DNA of 64,000 nt, from IMG/VR virus record IMGVR_UViG_3300010396_000002, positions 64,001 through 128,000 of that record. One strand, 5' to 3'. The notes beneath the pieces were generated by a model. That model saw nothing but the letters and a program-made list of their open reading frames with translations. It was not told the origin of the DNA and did no database searches. Source of the DNA: a virus. A program made the position numbers and the translations under genes. Positions 30,832 through 40,131 of this stretch are shown here, in pieces (position 1 is the stretch's first letter; each line of letters starts with the position of its first letter).

Positions 30832-31695
30832 ATGATCTGTCCTGGCTACGACGACTGGAAGACGACCGAGGACCACATCGAGGTGCCCGCAGGCTCCTCC
30901 CATGCGGCGCCCGCTGGCCGCTACCAGGGCCCCGACGCGGCCGGGGATCGGCCGTGCATCGACACGACGGGCATGACCGAGTCGGAGATCGCCAGGTACG
31001 CGGCCGCCGGCGCCGATGCCGTGGCGGAAGCCGAGGCGCTCCGAGAGGACCACGTCGACGGCGGCGAGCCGTTCGACCCGAAGGCGTTCGCCGCGGCGCT
31101 CGAGTTGGAGCTCGACCGGAACGCGGATCCGAACTGCACGCTCTGCAAGGGCCGCGGCGTCGTCGTTCAGAAGCACGACGGGCCCGGTGGCGAGCGGCTC
31201 ACGTGCGACTGCGTGCTGTCCCCTGAGCGCGTCGCCGTCATCGCTGCGGCCGAGGCTGCCGGCCACGAGAAGATCGCGCCGCGCGCGCGGGACGCCACGG
31301 CGGAGCAGCTCGCTGACTGGTGCGCCTCGCGCCATGCCGCCGCCGAGGTCGAAGGCCAGCGCGAGCTAGGCGCGGCGATCCGAGCCTACTGGGCGAGCGA
31401 GCCGGCGATCCTCGCGGTGCGCCGGCACCCATGGGCCGACATCTTCATCGCAAACCACGACGGGGCCACGTGCGGGACCTGCCTCCCGTCGGGGATCGAC
31501 CTGAGCGATCCAACGGTCGAGGTCTTCCAGGTTGGCAGCGACGGCTGGACGGGCCCGGTCACCTGCACGAAATGCGGCAGACCGATCGACGTCGTCGTCG
31601 ACGGGATGAAGGCCGTCGCCGATGGCAAGGACGACGAGTCCGTGCTGGCGGAGCTCAAGCCCGTCGTCGAGCGGCTCAACGAGAAGAAGGGCTGA
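30832..31695 (+). CDS. hypothetical Zn-finger protein
   Basis: Several CxxC motifs; follows E7. Confidence 0.7.
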   Translation: MICPGYDDWKTTEDHIEVPAGSSHAAPAGRYQGPDAAGDRPCIDTTGMTESEIARYAAAGADAVAEAEALREDHVDGGEPFDPKAFAAALELELDRNADPNCTLCKGRGVVVQKHDGPGGERLTCDCVLSPERVAVIAAAEAAGHEKIAPRARDATAEQLADWCASRHAAAEVEGQRELGAAIRAYWASEPAILAVRRHPWADIFIANHDGATCGTCLPSGIDLSDPTVEVFQVGSDGWTGPVTCTKCGRPIDVVVDGMKAVADGKDDESVLAELKPVVERLNEKKG

Positions 31696-31714
31696 CGGTC
31701 GAGCGACCCATGTA

Positions 31715-31762
31715 GCGCAGAGCCCCGGACCGGCAAGGTCGCGGGGCTCGACGCCGTGGAGG
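31715..31762 (+). repeat. element E8
   Basis: GCGCA ga GCCCCG GACC ggcaa GGTC [G] CGGGGC tcgacgc CGT GGAGG. Confidence 0.9.
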
Positions 31763-31768
31763 TGTTCG

Positions 31769-32034
31769 ATGCGAACCGTCTTCAATACGCCGTTCCCATC
31801 ACCGACGACATCGAGATCGAGATGCACAAGGGGGCCACGCCGCTCTCCTTCCAGGAGCAGCACGGGGCCGCATGTGTCTGGGCCCTCGTCGATACGGAAG
31901 CTCCGAAGACGATGCGCCGCTTCCGGCTCGCCGGCACAGGGCATACGCTCGACGCCGACGACGGCACGTACGTTGGGACCGCGCAGTTCCGCGGCGGCTC
32001 GCTCGTCTTCCACCTGTTCGTCTACCCCGAGTAG
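31769..32034 (+). CDS. conserved phage protein (DUF7352-like), frameshifted at 31784-31785
   Basis: ATG after E8 SD gives MRTVF, then AA, then YAVPITDDIEIEM...VWALVD...GTGH...YVGT...VFHLF; one base missing. Confidence 0.65.
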
Positions 32035-32082
32035 CGCACGCCCCGGGCCTCGACAAAGGCGCCGGGGCTCAGTGCGTGGAGG
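32034..32082 (+). repeat. element E9
   Basis: GCGCA cg CCCCGG GCCT cgacaa AGGC [G] CCGGGG ctcagtg CGT GGAGG. Confidence 0.9.
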
Positions 32083-32085
32083 TGC

Positions 32086-34359
32086 ATGATGCGCAACCAC
32101 GCGCTCCTCGCGCTCGCGAGGTACGCCAAGACTTTCGGCAAGGGCTCCCCATTCGATGCCCTTGGCTGCGTCCTCGTCGACGGCCACATGGCCGAGGCGA
32201 CGGACCTCTACACCAGAGTACGCATTGAGCTGCCGGAGCCCGTCATCGACGGGGCGCCGGCCATGCTCGAGGCGGGCTGGCTCGTCGACGTCGTGAAGCT
32301 GTCGGGCAAGGTCCCGATCAAGCTGACCAGCGTCGATCCGACCGAGATTCCCTGCGTCCATGAACCGGCCAAGCTCCAAGCGGATGCCGACGGCGCGATC
32401 CTCAAGATCGTAGCGAAGACGCCCGCCGCAGAGTTTCCGCGCCCGCTCCGGCCGTTCGACATGCCGGCGCGCGCGGACCTCGAGCCTGGCGACTTCGCCA
32501 AGGGCGGGCCCGTCGCAGCGGTGCTGCGGGCCGTGTCCACGGACACGGCCAGGGCAGCCCAGAGCGCGATGCTCTTCGACCGCGACAGGGCGGTTGGTAC
32601 CGACGGGCACATGCTCTGCGTGCGCAAGTTCGCGCGCGCGCTGCCATTCCCTGACGTGCTCGTGCCCCGCGCCGCGGTCGAGATCCTGCTCGCCATGTGT
32701 GCAAAGTTCGCTCCGCTGGAGCTCAGGGTCGAGGTGACCGGAACCGATGCCAGGTTCACCGGCACCTGCGCCGGGGGCCTTCGCTGGTCCGTCACCACGA
32801 AACTGGCGGATGCGAAGTTCCCGTCCTACCAGCAAGCGCTCGTCGAGCCCGACACGTTCACAACGGTCGACGTCGGCGAGCTGCGCGGCATCGTGCGTGG
32901 GCTCGGTGACTGGCGCGTCGCCATCTTCCCCGACGGGGGTGTCGTCGCCTTTGAGGGGCTGAACGGCAGCGGTGACGCCGCGATGTTCTTCCCCGCGGAC
33001 CAGCCACCGACGGAGCCGCCTCTGGTCGTGCTAGGCAAGGGCACGCTCGGCGCCGTGCTCGACATGCTCCCCAAGGAGGGCACGATCGAGATCGGCACCA
33101 GCGCAGCGGAGAAGGCGGCGGACAAGGACCGCCTGACGCCGGCGCTGGTCGATGGCTTCGTCCTGATGCCGATGAAGTACCCCGAGCTGCCTACAGCGGT
33201 CGCGGCTGCCGTCAAGGCTGCCTATGCGAAGCCCGCGCAGCCCACCGACTGGAAGCAGTGGGATGGCTTCAGGGTGTCGGACGGTCCGACGTTCCCACGA
33301 GAGGTCAACGTCGACGGGAAAGAGACACTCCCAGATCGTTGGCTTCCCTTCCACCTCGGAGCACCGGCCGAGGACGACTGCAAGCTCACCGGGCGGCTCG
33401 ACCCGCCCACGTTCACGAAGCCCCTGTGGGGGCAGGAGGAGACCATGCCCGATCCGAAGAAGGCGGCCCAAGCCGCCGCCGCAGCCCAGCAACCCAAGCA
33501 GGACAAGCCCACCAAGGCGCCAAAGGCCAAGGCCAAGGCCGCCGCAGCGGCCGCGCAGTCGCCGCAGACGGAGGCCATCCGCCAGACCGGCGCGCCCACG
33601 TTCGCGGTTGGCGCCACGGTCCGCCGCGGCCAGGAGGTCGGCACCGTCAAGGAGCTGATCGAGCCCTCGCCCGGCTGGCATCGGGCGAGAGTCCAGTGGC
33701 CGGGGTCGGAGCAGTTCGTCGACATCGACCAGCTCACCGTGGAGCCGGTGGCCTCGAGCGCGCAGCCCGTGCCCCCGCCCCCGGCGAGCGGTCCGCGGGT
33801 CGTCCAGGGCTCGACCAGGCGCGTCTTCACGGTCGGCCAGATGGGGCTGCCGTCGCTGGACAAGCTGGCGGAGCTCGCGCTCTGGCTCGGCGTCTCCGCG
33901 GTGCTCGACACCAGGACCCAGCCCCCGAAGAAGGGGCCATGGACCACGGCGGGCGTCGAGGGCGCGACCTTGACGGGGGCCGGCTGCCCCGTCGTGCGGA
34001 GCAACGTCGCCACCCCGATCGCCGACCAGATCGCGGCGCTCCCCGCGGGGTCGGTGTTGCTCCTCGGGATGGACTGGGCTCCGGGCGACAACGCGGCCTT
34101 CATGGCCCTCGCCGAGGGCACCGACTTCGAGGTGCTCCACGTCTGCGTCCTCGACAAGGCCGAGCTGACGAAGCCGCTCGCCGCGCACGAGGAGCCCTCG
34201 GCGAGGTGGGACGAGGTGCAGTGCATCGACCACGGCCAACTCGTCGACTTCATCGCCGGCAAGATCACCGATTACGGCGCCTACAACGTCAGCGCCGAGT
34301 TCGTGGACCCGCTGCCGCCCCGGAGGCCGGTCCTCGCGCTCGCGACGGGCACGGCGTGA
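32086..34359 (+). CDS. DNA polymerase III beta-clamp-like protein fused to (or followed from ATG 33445 by) a DUF488-like module
   Basis: EATDL, AVSTDTAR, VGTDGHML, LVPR, KLADAKFPSY, VLMPMK are DnaN motifs; internal GGAGGAG-ATG at 33445; RVFTVG...VLDTR is DUF488-like. Confidence 0.7.
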   Translation: MMRNHALLALARYAKTFGKGSPFDALGCVLVDGHMAEATDLYTRVRIELPEPVIDGAPAMLEAGWLVDVVKLSGKVPIKLTSVDPTEIPCVHEPAKLQADADGAILKIVAKTPAAEFPRPLRPFDMPARADLEPGDFAKGGPVAAVLRAVSTDTARAAQSAMLFDRDRAVGTDGHMLCVRKFARALPFPDVLVPRAAVEILLAMCAKFAPLELRVEVTGTDARFTGTCAGGLRWSVTTKLADAKFPSYQQALVEPDTFTTVDVGELRGIVRGLGDWRVAIFPDGGVVAFEGLNGSGDAAMFFPADQPPTEPPLVVLGKGTLGAVLDMLPKEGTIEIGTSAAEKAADKDRLTPALVDGFVLMPMKYPELPTAVAAAVKAAYAKPAQPTDWKQWDGFRVSDGPTFPREVNVDGKETLPDRWLPFHLGAPAEDDCKLTGRLDPPTFTKPLWGQEETMPDPKKAAQAAAAAQQPKQDKPTKAPKAKAKAAAAAAQSPQTEAIRQTGAPTFAVGATVRRGQEVGTVKELIEPSPGWHRARVQWPGSEQFVDIDQLTVEPVASSAQPVPPPPASGPRVVQGSTRRVFTVGQMGLPSLDKLAELALWLGVSAVLDTRTQPPKKGPWTTAGVEGATLTGAGCPVVRSNVATPIADQIAALPAGSVLLLGMDWAPGDNAAFMALAEGTDFEVLHVCVLDKAELTKPLAAHEEPSARWDEVQCIDHGQLVDFIAGKITDYGAYNVSAEFVDPLPPRRPVLALATGTA

Positions 34360-34399
34360 TCCTGCTCCACCGTCCTCGTGACGATGCCTTAGACTGAAC

Positions 34400-34446
34400 G
34401 CGCAGGGCCCGGGGCTACCAAGCCGCCGGGCTCGGCGCGTTGGAGG
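34400..34446 (+). repeat. element E10
   Basis: GCGCA gg GCCCGG GGCT acca AGCC [G] CCGGGC tcggcg CGT t GGAGG. Confidence 0.9.
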
Positions 34447-34451
34447 ACCCG

Positions 34452-34796
34452 ATGAACGAGTTCGAGAGCAAACGAGAGGCCGCCTACCGCGCCGAGATCG
34501 AACGGGCCAGGTCCAACGGTCGCTACTACATCGGCTGGCGCTCCGCGAGCTACTGCTCCGACGCATCGTGGGCCGTAGCCGCGACGGAGACCGACGCCCG
34601 TGCGTTCGCCTCGCTAGGCGCACCATTCGCGGTCGGTGTCTTGTCGGTCGACGACACGCCGCACGGGCGCGAGTTCGGACGCATCGGAGCATGCGGAGGC
34701 AACGCGCCTCCCGATGCACTGCGGGACGTGATCCTGCGCGGTGCGGAGATCGCCAACGTCGGGACGATCCCCGGCACCAGGATCGTTGCACACTGA
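34452..34796 (+). CDS. hypothetical protein
   Basis: Bounded by E10 and E11. Confidence 0.7.
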   Translation: MNEFESKREAAYRAEIERARSNGRYYIGWRSASYCSDASWAVAATETDARAFASLGAPFAVGVLSVDDTPHGREFGRIGACGGNAPPDALRDVILRGAEIANVGTIPGTRIVAH

Positions 34797-34852
34797 GCGC
34801 AGAGCCCCGGCTCCTCCTGCAACGGAGGGGTGCGGGGCTCTGGCGTTGGAGG
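34797..34852 (+). repeat. element E11
   Basis: GCGCA ga GCCCCG GCTCCTCC tgcaac GGAGGGGT [G] CGGGGC tctgg CGT t GGAGG. Confidence 0.9.
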
Positions 34853-34857
34853 ACACG

Positions 34858-35751
34858 ATGAAGCAGCGCTTCCGCTCAAAGGCGTTCAAGGACGAGTCGA
34901 TGGCGCTGATCGAGCGCTGCGACAACATCATCACCGGCTACCAGGCGCAGGGCCTACGGCTCACGCTCAGGCAGCTCTACTACCAGTGCGTCGCCGGCGG
35001 TGACGGCCTGGACCCGATCCCCAACACGGAGCAGAGCTACAAGAACCTCGGCTCGCTCGTGAGCGATGCCAGGCTCGCCGGGCTGCTCGACTGGGACGCG
35101 ATCGAGGACCGCGGTCGCCGGCCGCGCCGGCAGTCGCAGTGGGACAACATCTCCGACCTCGTCGACAGCGCCGTGCGCGCCTACCGGCTTCCCCGATGGG
35201 AAGGGCAGCGCTGCTACGTCGAGCTCTGGGTGGAGAAGGAGGCCCTCGCCGGTGTCCTCGAACCCCTCGCGTCCGAGTTCCACGTGACGCTGATGGTCAA
35301 CAAGGGCTACTCGTCGTCGAGCGCGATGTTCGACAGCGCGCAGCGCTTCAAGGAAGCGCAGGACAACGACAAGCAGCTCCTGCTCTTCTACCTCGGGGAC
35401 CACGACCCGAGCGGCGAGGACATGGTCCGCGACATCCGCGAGCGCATGCGGATGTTCGAGGTCGACTACCTCACCGTGACGAAGCTGGCCCTCACCTGGG
35501 ACCAGATCCAGAAGTACAACCCGCCGCCCAACCCGGCCAAGCTCTCCGACTCCCGGGCAAAGGCGTACATCGCGAAGCACGGCACCTCATCGTGGGAGGT
35601 GGACGCGCTCCCGCCCAACGTGCTCCAGCAGATCATCCGCGACGCCTTCAAGGCCGAGATCGATGAGAGCCTGGTGAAGGCGATCAAGGCCAAGGAGGCG
35701 CGCGACAAGCAACGGCTCCGCGAGGCCGCAGCGAAGATCATGCAAACGTGA
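34858..35751 (+). CDS. Topoisomerase VI subunit A/Spo11-like TOPRIM protein
   Basis: TLRQLYY, VELWVEKEAL, NKGYSS, YLGDHDPSGEDM, WEVDAL. Confidence 0.75.
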   Translation: MKQRFRSKAFKDESMALIERCDNIITGYQAQGLRLTLRQLYYQCVAGGDGLDPIPNTEQSYKNLGSLVSDARLAGLLDWDAIEDRGRRPRRQSQWDNISDLVDSAVRAYRLPRWEGQRCYVELWVEKEALAGVLEPLASEFHVTLMVNKGYSSSSAMFDSAQRFKEAQDNDKQLLLFYLGDHDPSGEDMVRDIRERMRMFEVDYLTVTKLALTWDQIQKYNPPPNPAKLSDSRAKAYIAKHGTSSWEVDALPPNVLQQIIRDAFKAEIDESLVKAIKAKEARDKQRLREAAAKIMQT

Positions 35752-35752
35752 C

Positions 35753-35800
35753 GCGCAGACCCGGGGCCCGAGAAGGGGTGCCCGGGTCGAGCCGTGGAAG
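35753..35800 (+). repeat. element E12
   Basis: GCGCA ga CCCGGG GCCC gagaag GGGT [G] CCCGGG tcgagc CGT ggaag. Confidence 0.9.
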
Positions 35801-35835
35801 CCGCGCAGGACAGCAGGCGCGGCGAGGAGGACACG

Positions 35836-36405
35836 ATGTCGAACGTCAGGAGCGAGTTCTACACGATCAAGGACAAGGACGGGCGCGACGTGTGCCGCGC
35901 ATGTGGGCGCGAGCACCCGCACAGGTACGAGCACGTCATGTTCACGAGAGGCGCCGTGCGCTGTGTCGCGGTACCGCTCGACGACCACAACCCGGGCCCC
36001 GACTTCGTTCGCGGCAAGATCAAGTCGGTCGCGGACACGTGGGAGCCCGAATGGCTCCGGGAGATCCAGAACACCGGAGCCGTCGTCCAGTATATTGGAG
36101 GGTGGGCCTACGAGGCCGCCAATGGTGCCCTCCACCTGCCCGAGGACGTCCACCCCATGACGCGCTCGCGCGCCAGGGCAGCCCGCAAGGGCTTCGGCTA
36201 CGCGCCCAATCACGAGCCGGTCGGCCAGCACACGGCGCTCAGGGTCGAGCGCGATGAGGATGGCTGGTTCTCGAAGGGCGACCCCGACCGAGGCCAGCGG
36301 CTCAACGCCAGGGTATCGCTGCCGGCCGACCTGCCGGTATACGACACCGAAGGCGACGCCATCGCGGATGCGAAGCGCCGCTGGACCAACAAGCCGAAGG
36401 GATGA
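35836..36405 (+). CDS. hypothetical protein
   Basis: GGAGG SD; bounded by E12 and E13. Confidence 0.7.
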   Translation: MSNVRSEFYTIKDKDGRDVCRACGREHPHRYEHVMFTRGAVRCVAVPLDDHNPGPDFVRGKIKSVADTWEPEWLREIQNTGAVVQYIGGWAYEAANGALHLPEDVHPMTRSRARAARKGFGYAPNHEPVGQHTALRVERDEDGWFSKGDPDRGQRLNARVSLPADLPVYDTEGDAIADAKRRWTNKPKG

Positions 36406-36407
36406 AC

Positions 36408-36458
36408 GCGCAGACCCCCGGCTCCTCCATCACGGAGGGGCGCGGGGGTCGAGCCGTG
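36408..36458 (+). repeat. element E13 (no SD follows)
   Basis: GCGCA ga CCCCCG GCTCCTCC atcac GGAGGGGC [G] CGGGGG tcgagc CGT g. Confidence 0.9.
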
Positions 36459-36518
36459 CCGCCGGCTACTCGGGGCGCACCATCGCCGAGGTCAAGGCGC
36501 GCAAGTAGCACCAGCCCA

Positions 36519-36569
36519 GCGCACGCCCCCGGGAGCACCTCTGCTCTGCGGGGGCTGTGCCGTCAGGAG
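36519..36569 (+). repeat. element E14
   Basis: GCGCA cg CCCCCG GGAGCA cctc TGCTCT [G] CGGGGG ctgtgc CGT ca GGAG. Confidence 0.9.
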
Positions 36570-36576
36570 AACCGAC

Positions 36577-36795
36577 ATGAGCGACAAGCAATGGCACGAC
36601 GACCGCATCCCGATGGAGTACCGGATCCGCGCTGCGCGCGAGCACAATGCGCGGATGGACGAGCTGATCGCGGCGAGCGAGGAAGAGGCGCGCCGCCTCG
36701 ATGGTCTTGGAGACCACGTGCGCGCGGAGCAGTGCCGCCGAGACGCGGCCGAGTTCGCAGCGCAAAAGACCGACTTCGGAGCGGACGCCGCATGA
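36577..36795 (+). CDS. hypothetical protein
   Basis: Bounded by E14 and E15. Confidence 0.7.
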   Translation: MSDKQWHDDRIPMEYRIRAAREHNARMDELIAASEEEARRLDGLGDHVRAEQCRRDAAEFAAQKTDFGADAA

Positions 36796-36798
36796 TCA

Positions 36799-36847
36799 GC
36801 GCAGAGCCGGGGGCCCTTCGGGGTTGCCCGGCTCGCGGTCGTGGAGG
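36799..36847 (+). repeat. element E15
   Basis: GCGCA ga GCCGGG GGCCC ttcg GGGTT [G] CCCGGC tcgcggt CGT GGAGG (cUUCGg tetraloop). Confidence 0.9.
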
Positions 36848-36853
36848 GACACC

Positions 36854-37045
36854 ATGTCCACGAAGAAGAAGGACCCGCCGCCCAAGGCGATCTGCCGCTG
36901 CAAGGTCGCCCACGCGATCACCCAGCGCGAGCGAGAAGAGGCGATGCTGGCTCTCCAGTGGGCCCGCCAGGACAAGGACGCCAAGGCGATCAGCATCGCG
37001 CTCGCCAGGCTAGAGCCGTGCCCGTGCGTACCGAAGGAGACCTGA
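36854..37045 (+). CDS. small hypothetical protein
   Basis: Follows E15 SD. Confidence 0.65.
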   Translation: MSTKKKDPPPKAICRCKVAHAITQREREEAMLALQWARQDKDAKAISIALARLEPCPCVPKET

Positions 37046-37048
37046 GCC

Positions 37049-37996
37049 ATGAGCTATCGCGTATTCTTCTCGTTCTCGAAGGGGCTCGCCAAGCCCATCC
37101 TGGTCCCCAAGGGGACGCTCGCGGCGCTCCAGGAGCACGTTGCCCGCGTCGAGAAGGCGCTCGGGCTCAAGGTCGAGAAGTACAGGGACAACCCGGCGCA
37201 CTGGCGCGACACCACGCCGACCACGGACATCTCCGACGAAGACTTCTGCAAGCTCGTCGAGGAGCACAACCGCTGGGTGCGCTGGGTCTACAACTGGTTC
37301 GGGGAATGGTCGGAGGCCACCCGGAAGAAGCAAGCGCCCAAGGATGGATGGGGGCGATGGGAGCGCAGATTCGGGCCGGATCTCCATCTCTACTTCACCG
37401 GGTGCAACATCAAGTCCGATCCGCCCGACACGCTCACGCCCGCCGACGCGCAGACGTTCTGGCACGGCCTCCAAGAGCTGGAGGTGCCCGTCGAGCGGTG
37501 GTCGCGCGACTACTACGTCAGCCGGATGCAGCACCTTTACGAGGTCATGCGCGGCAACGAGAGCGAGGGCGTAACCTTCAACGCGAAGAAGTCGCTCACT
37601 CCGCGACAGGCCGCAGCCGTGGTCTGCCTGTTCTCATCGTACATCGACTCGCACGACATGCGCCTCGACGTGCCCAACGGATACGACCACCTCGCGTCGT
37701 CGTACGACGGTGGCTACGACTGGTGCTCCACGTGCGGCCCGGTGCATCCAGACGACTCCAGGCAGAGCAACTGCCGGCGCAAGGGATGCGACCTCCGGTC
37801 CGAGCGCGGCGAGCTGTCCTGGGTCTTGAAGGACAAGGCCGCGGGCGCCTACCTCGGCATGGCGCCAGGGTCCTGGCCCACCAAGCTCAACAAGAAGGTC
37901 CGCCACTTCACCAGCCGCTGCGAGGCCGAGGAGCGAGCGAAGAAGTACACGAAGCGCGCTCTCGTCGTCGTGCCGGTCGGCAAGCGAGACAGGTAA
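37049..37996 (+). CDS. hypothetical protein
   Basis: 315-aa ORF; AGGAG SD. Confidence 0.75.
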   Translation: MSYRVFFSFSKGLAKPILVPKGTLAALQEHVARVEKALGLKVEKYRDNPAHWRDTTPTTDISDEDFCKLVEEHNRWVRWVYNWFGEWSEATRKKQAPKDGWGRWERRFGPDLHLYFTGCNIKSDPPDTLTPADAQTFWHGLQELEVPVERWSRDYYVSRMQHLYEVMRGNESEGVTFNAKKSLTPRQAAAVVCLFSSYIDSHDMRLDVPNGYDHLASSYDGGYDWCSTCGPVHPDDSRQSNCRRKGCDLRSERGELSWVLKDKAAGAYLGMAPGSWPTKLNKKVRHFTSRCEAEERAKKYTKRALVVVPVGKRDR

Positions 37997-38019
37997 CGCG
38001 GGCAGAGGAGATCGATCCC

Positions 38020-38283
38020 ATGAACGACGACAACGAGACCACACCGAAGCGCGGAGCGCTGGACCAGCTCCTGACGATGTACCACCGCCTCATGATGCGC
38101 GGCGACGGGCCCGTCATCCAGCTCTCGCCGTTCTACTTCGACGACGGGCACTGGAGGACAGATGTCCAAGTTCTGATCGGCGGCCAGGTCGTCGCCGACG
38201 GCGAGGGGCGCACGGCGGAGGAGGCCGCAGAGAAGGCGCTCGCCAGGCTGCGCGAGCGTGCCGCGCAGTTCCCCGACGTCTGA
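38020..38283 (+). CDS. small protein, dsRNA-binding-fold-like C-terminus
   Basis: VQVLIGGQVVADGEGRTAEEAAEKALARL resembles the dsRBD beta-alpha end; weak. Confidence 0.45.
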   Translation: MNDDNETTPKRGALDQLLTMYHRLMMRGDGPVIQLSPFYFDDGHWRTDVQVLIGGQVVADGEGRTAEEAAEKALARLRERAAQFPDV

Positions 38284-38367
38284 CCGCTCGTGGATTCGGT
38301 CGAGCCTGCCCCTTTCCACGAGGAGCAGGCTCCGCCGGGCATCGAGCCCACGGGAAGGAGATCCCCC

Positions 38368-38856
38368 ATGAAGCCTCAACCGCCGCCCCTGCGGCTTGGT
38401 CCGAACGTGCAGTGGTTGGTCGACGGCGCGCTCTCCCGCAAGGGAGGGCCCGTCTCGCCGGAGACCCAGGGCCTGCTCTTCTGGAGCAAGTTTACCAGCG
38501 CCGACCTCCTCGAGCTGGCCGCCTGGTGCCTCGCCGAGGCCGGTACCTCCAAGACCCCGGAGATCAACCGGGCCTACGACGACGTGACCCTCCTGGCCAC
38601 CGCGGTGCGCCTCGACGAGGATCTCGCCGCCATCGTCCGCGACTTCGACGACGAGGTGACGCGGGTCAAGCTGACGGCGGTCGCGTACGACGAGGCTGGT
38701 GCGGAGCGGTCCAAGCCGGTCCGCCAGGTCCCCTACGTCCTGACGTCCAGAGCCCGCGAGGACGCGATGCACTGGCTGAAGCGTCCGCTCTCCGAGCCCG
38801 AGGCTCAGGCGCTGGAGGCGTGCATCAGGCGTTGCCTCACGGAGCCGGCGTCGTGA
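38368..38856 (+). CDS. hypothetical protein
   Basis: AAGGAG SD. Confidence 0.65.
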   Translation: MKPQPPPLRLGPNVQWLVDGALSRKGGPVSPETQGLLFWSKFTSADLLELAAWCLAEAGTSKTPEINRAYDDVTLLATAVRLDEDLAAIVRDFDDEVTRVKLTAVAYDEAGAERSKPVRQVPYVLTSRAREDAMHWLKRPLSEPEAQALEACIRRCLTEPAS

Positions 38857-39229
38857 ACGTGCAGCAAGAGGAGCGGGTCCGGGAGCTGAGTGAGGCGGCC
38901 GCACATTGGGACAAGCTCGCTGAGGAGCAAGACTCGATCGCCGCGGAGGGCAACCCGCTCGACTGCCCCGACACTTGCGCGGAGCGCGCGAAGATGTACC
39001 GGCGCACCGCCGAGTCGCTCCGGTTGCAGATCGCGACGGGTGTCGCGCACTGCGCGTGCTGCCTCAAGCCCGTGGGAAGGAGCTGGCCGTGATCACGATC
39101 CCCACCAAGGCGGACGTCGTCGCCGCGATGCAGGCAGCGCTCACCGCTGCGCTCTCGACCAAGGATCCGTGGGGCAACGACTGGGCGACCGGCGTGCTCG
39201 GCGCGACGAGCACGGCACCCCGCTCTGAT

Positions 39230-39276
39230 ACGCGTTGACCCCCGCATCCTCTCACGAGGACCGGGGGTCAACGCGT
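39230..39276. repeat. variant element with perfect 15-bp arms and inverted core
   Basis: ACGCGTTGACCCCCG ... CGGGGGTCAACGCGT; bulged G and G-T pair occur on the minus strand. Confidence 0.7.
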
Positions 39277-39301
39277 CAGGGGGGGACTGATGAGGGAGAC
39301 C

Positions 39302-40111
39302 ATGGCCAGAAGGAACGCAGCACGAGGAACGATCCAGGTGAGCGACGAGGTGCGCAGCATCCTGGAGCTCTACATCGACGGGTGCACCGGCAACCTCGCC
39401 CCCAAGATCGAGCGGCGGCTCAGCCGCGACGAGTACACGAAGGTCAACGAGGTGCTCGTCGCCGCTGGGGGGCGCTGGCAAGGAACGCTCAAGGTCCCCG
39501 GCCGCACCGAGAAGGGTGCCCACGTCTTCCCCCTGGGCAGCGACGCGCGCGCTCTCATCCGCGCCGTGTTCGAGTCGGGCGAGGTCGCCGACCCGAAGCG
39601 TGGGGACTTCTTCCCCACCCCCGACGACCTGGCTCACGACATGGCGAAGCTCGCCGGGTGCACGTCCGGGATGACCGTCCTCGAGCCAAGCGCAGGCAAG
39701 GGCCCCATCGCCGCAGCGGCACGCATCTATGGCGCCACGGTGCTTGTGGTCGAGGAGGACGGCGAGCGCCGGGCCCATCTCCAGGCCCGCCAGTTCCAGG
39801 TGCTGCCCGGCGGCATCAACGACTTCCTGGCCATCCCGCCGGCGCCGATGTTCGACGCCGTCGTGATGAACCCGCCATGGTCCCGGCAGCAGGACATCGC
39901 CCACGTCACGCACGCGCTCAAGTTCGTGAAGCCCGGCGGGCGTCTCGTCGCCGCCATGTGGCCTGCCTGGCAAACCAGCACGTTCAAGGTCGCAGAGGCG
40001 TTTCGCAAGCTGCTCTCGGGCCTTCAGCACGACGTCACCGAGATCCCCGCAGGCACCTTCGCCGAGAGCGGGACGCAGATGGCCGGCGTGCTCCTCGTCG
40101 TGCAGATGTAG
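39302..40111 (+). CDS. SAM-dependent amino-methyltransferase (probable DNA N6-adenine MTase)
   Basis: FFPTP, VLEPSAGKG, VVMNPPW, GTFAESGT. Confidence 0.85.
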   Translation: MARRNAARGTIQVSDEVRSILELYIDGCTGNLAPKIERRLSRDEYTKVNEVLVAAGGRWQGTLKVPGRTEKGAHVFPLGSDARALIRAVFESGEVADPKRGDFFPTPDDLAHDMAKLAGCTSGMTVLEPSAGKGPIAAAARIYGATVLVVEEDGERRAHLQARQFQVLPGGINDFLAIPPAPMFDAVVMNPPWSRQQDIAHVTHALKFVKPGGRLVAAMWPAWQTSTFKVAEAFRKLLSGLQHDVTEIPAGTFAESGTQMAGVLLVVQM

Positions 40112-40131
40112 TACCTTCGCTCCTGGACGAC

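Noticed and set aside
38284-38367. Additional array element
   Set aside because: Hairpin GAGCCTGC/GCAGGCTC is present but lacks GCGCA, the 8-nt spacing and the bulged G
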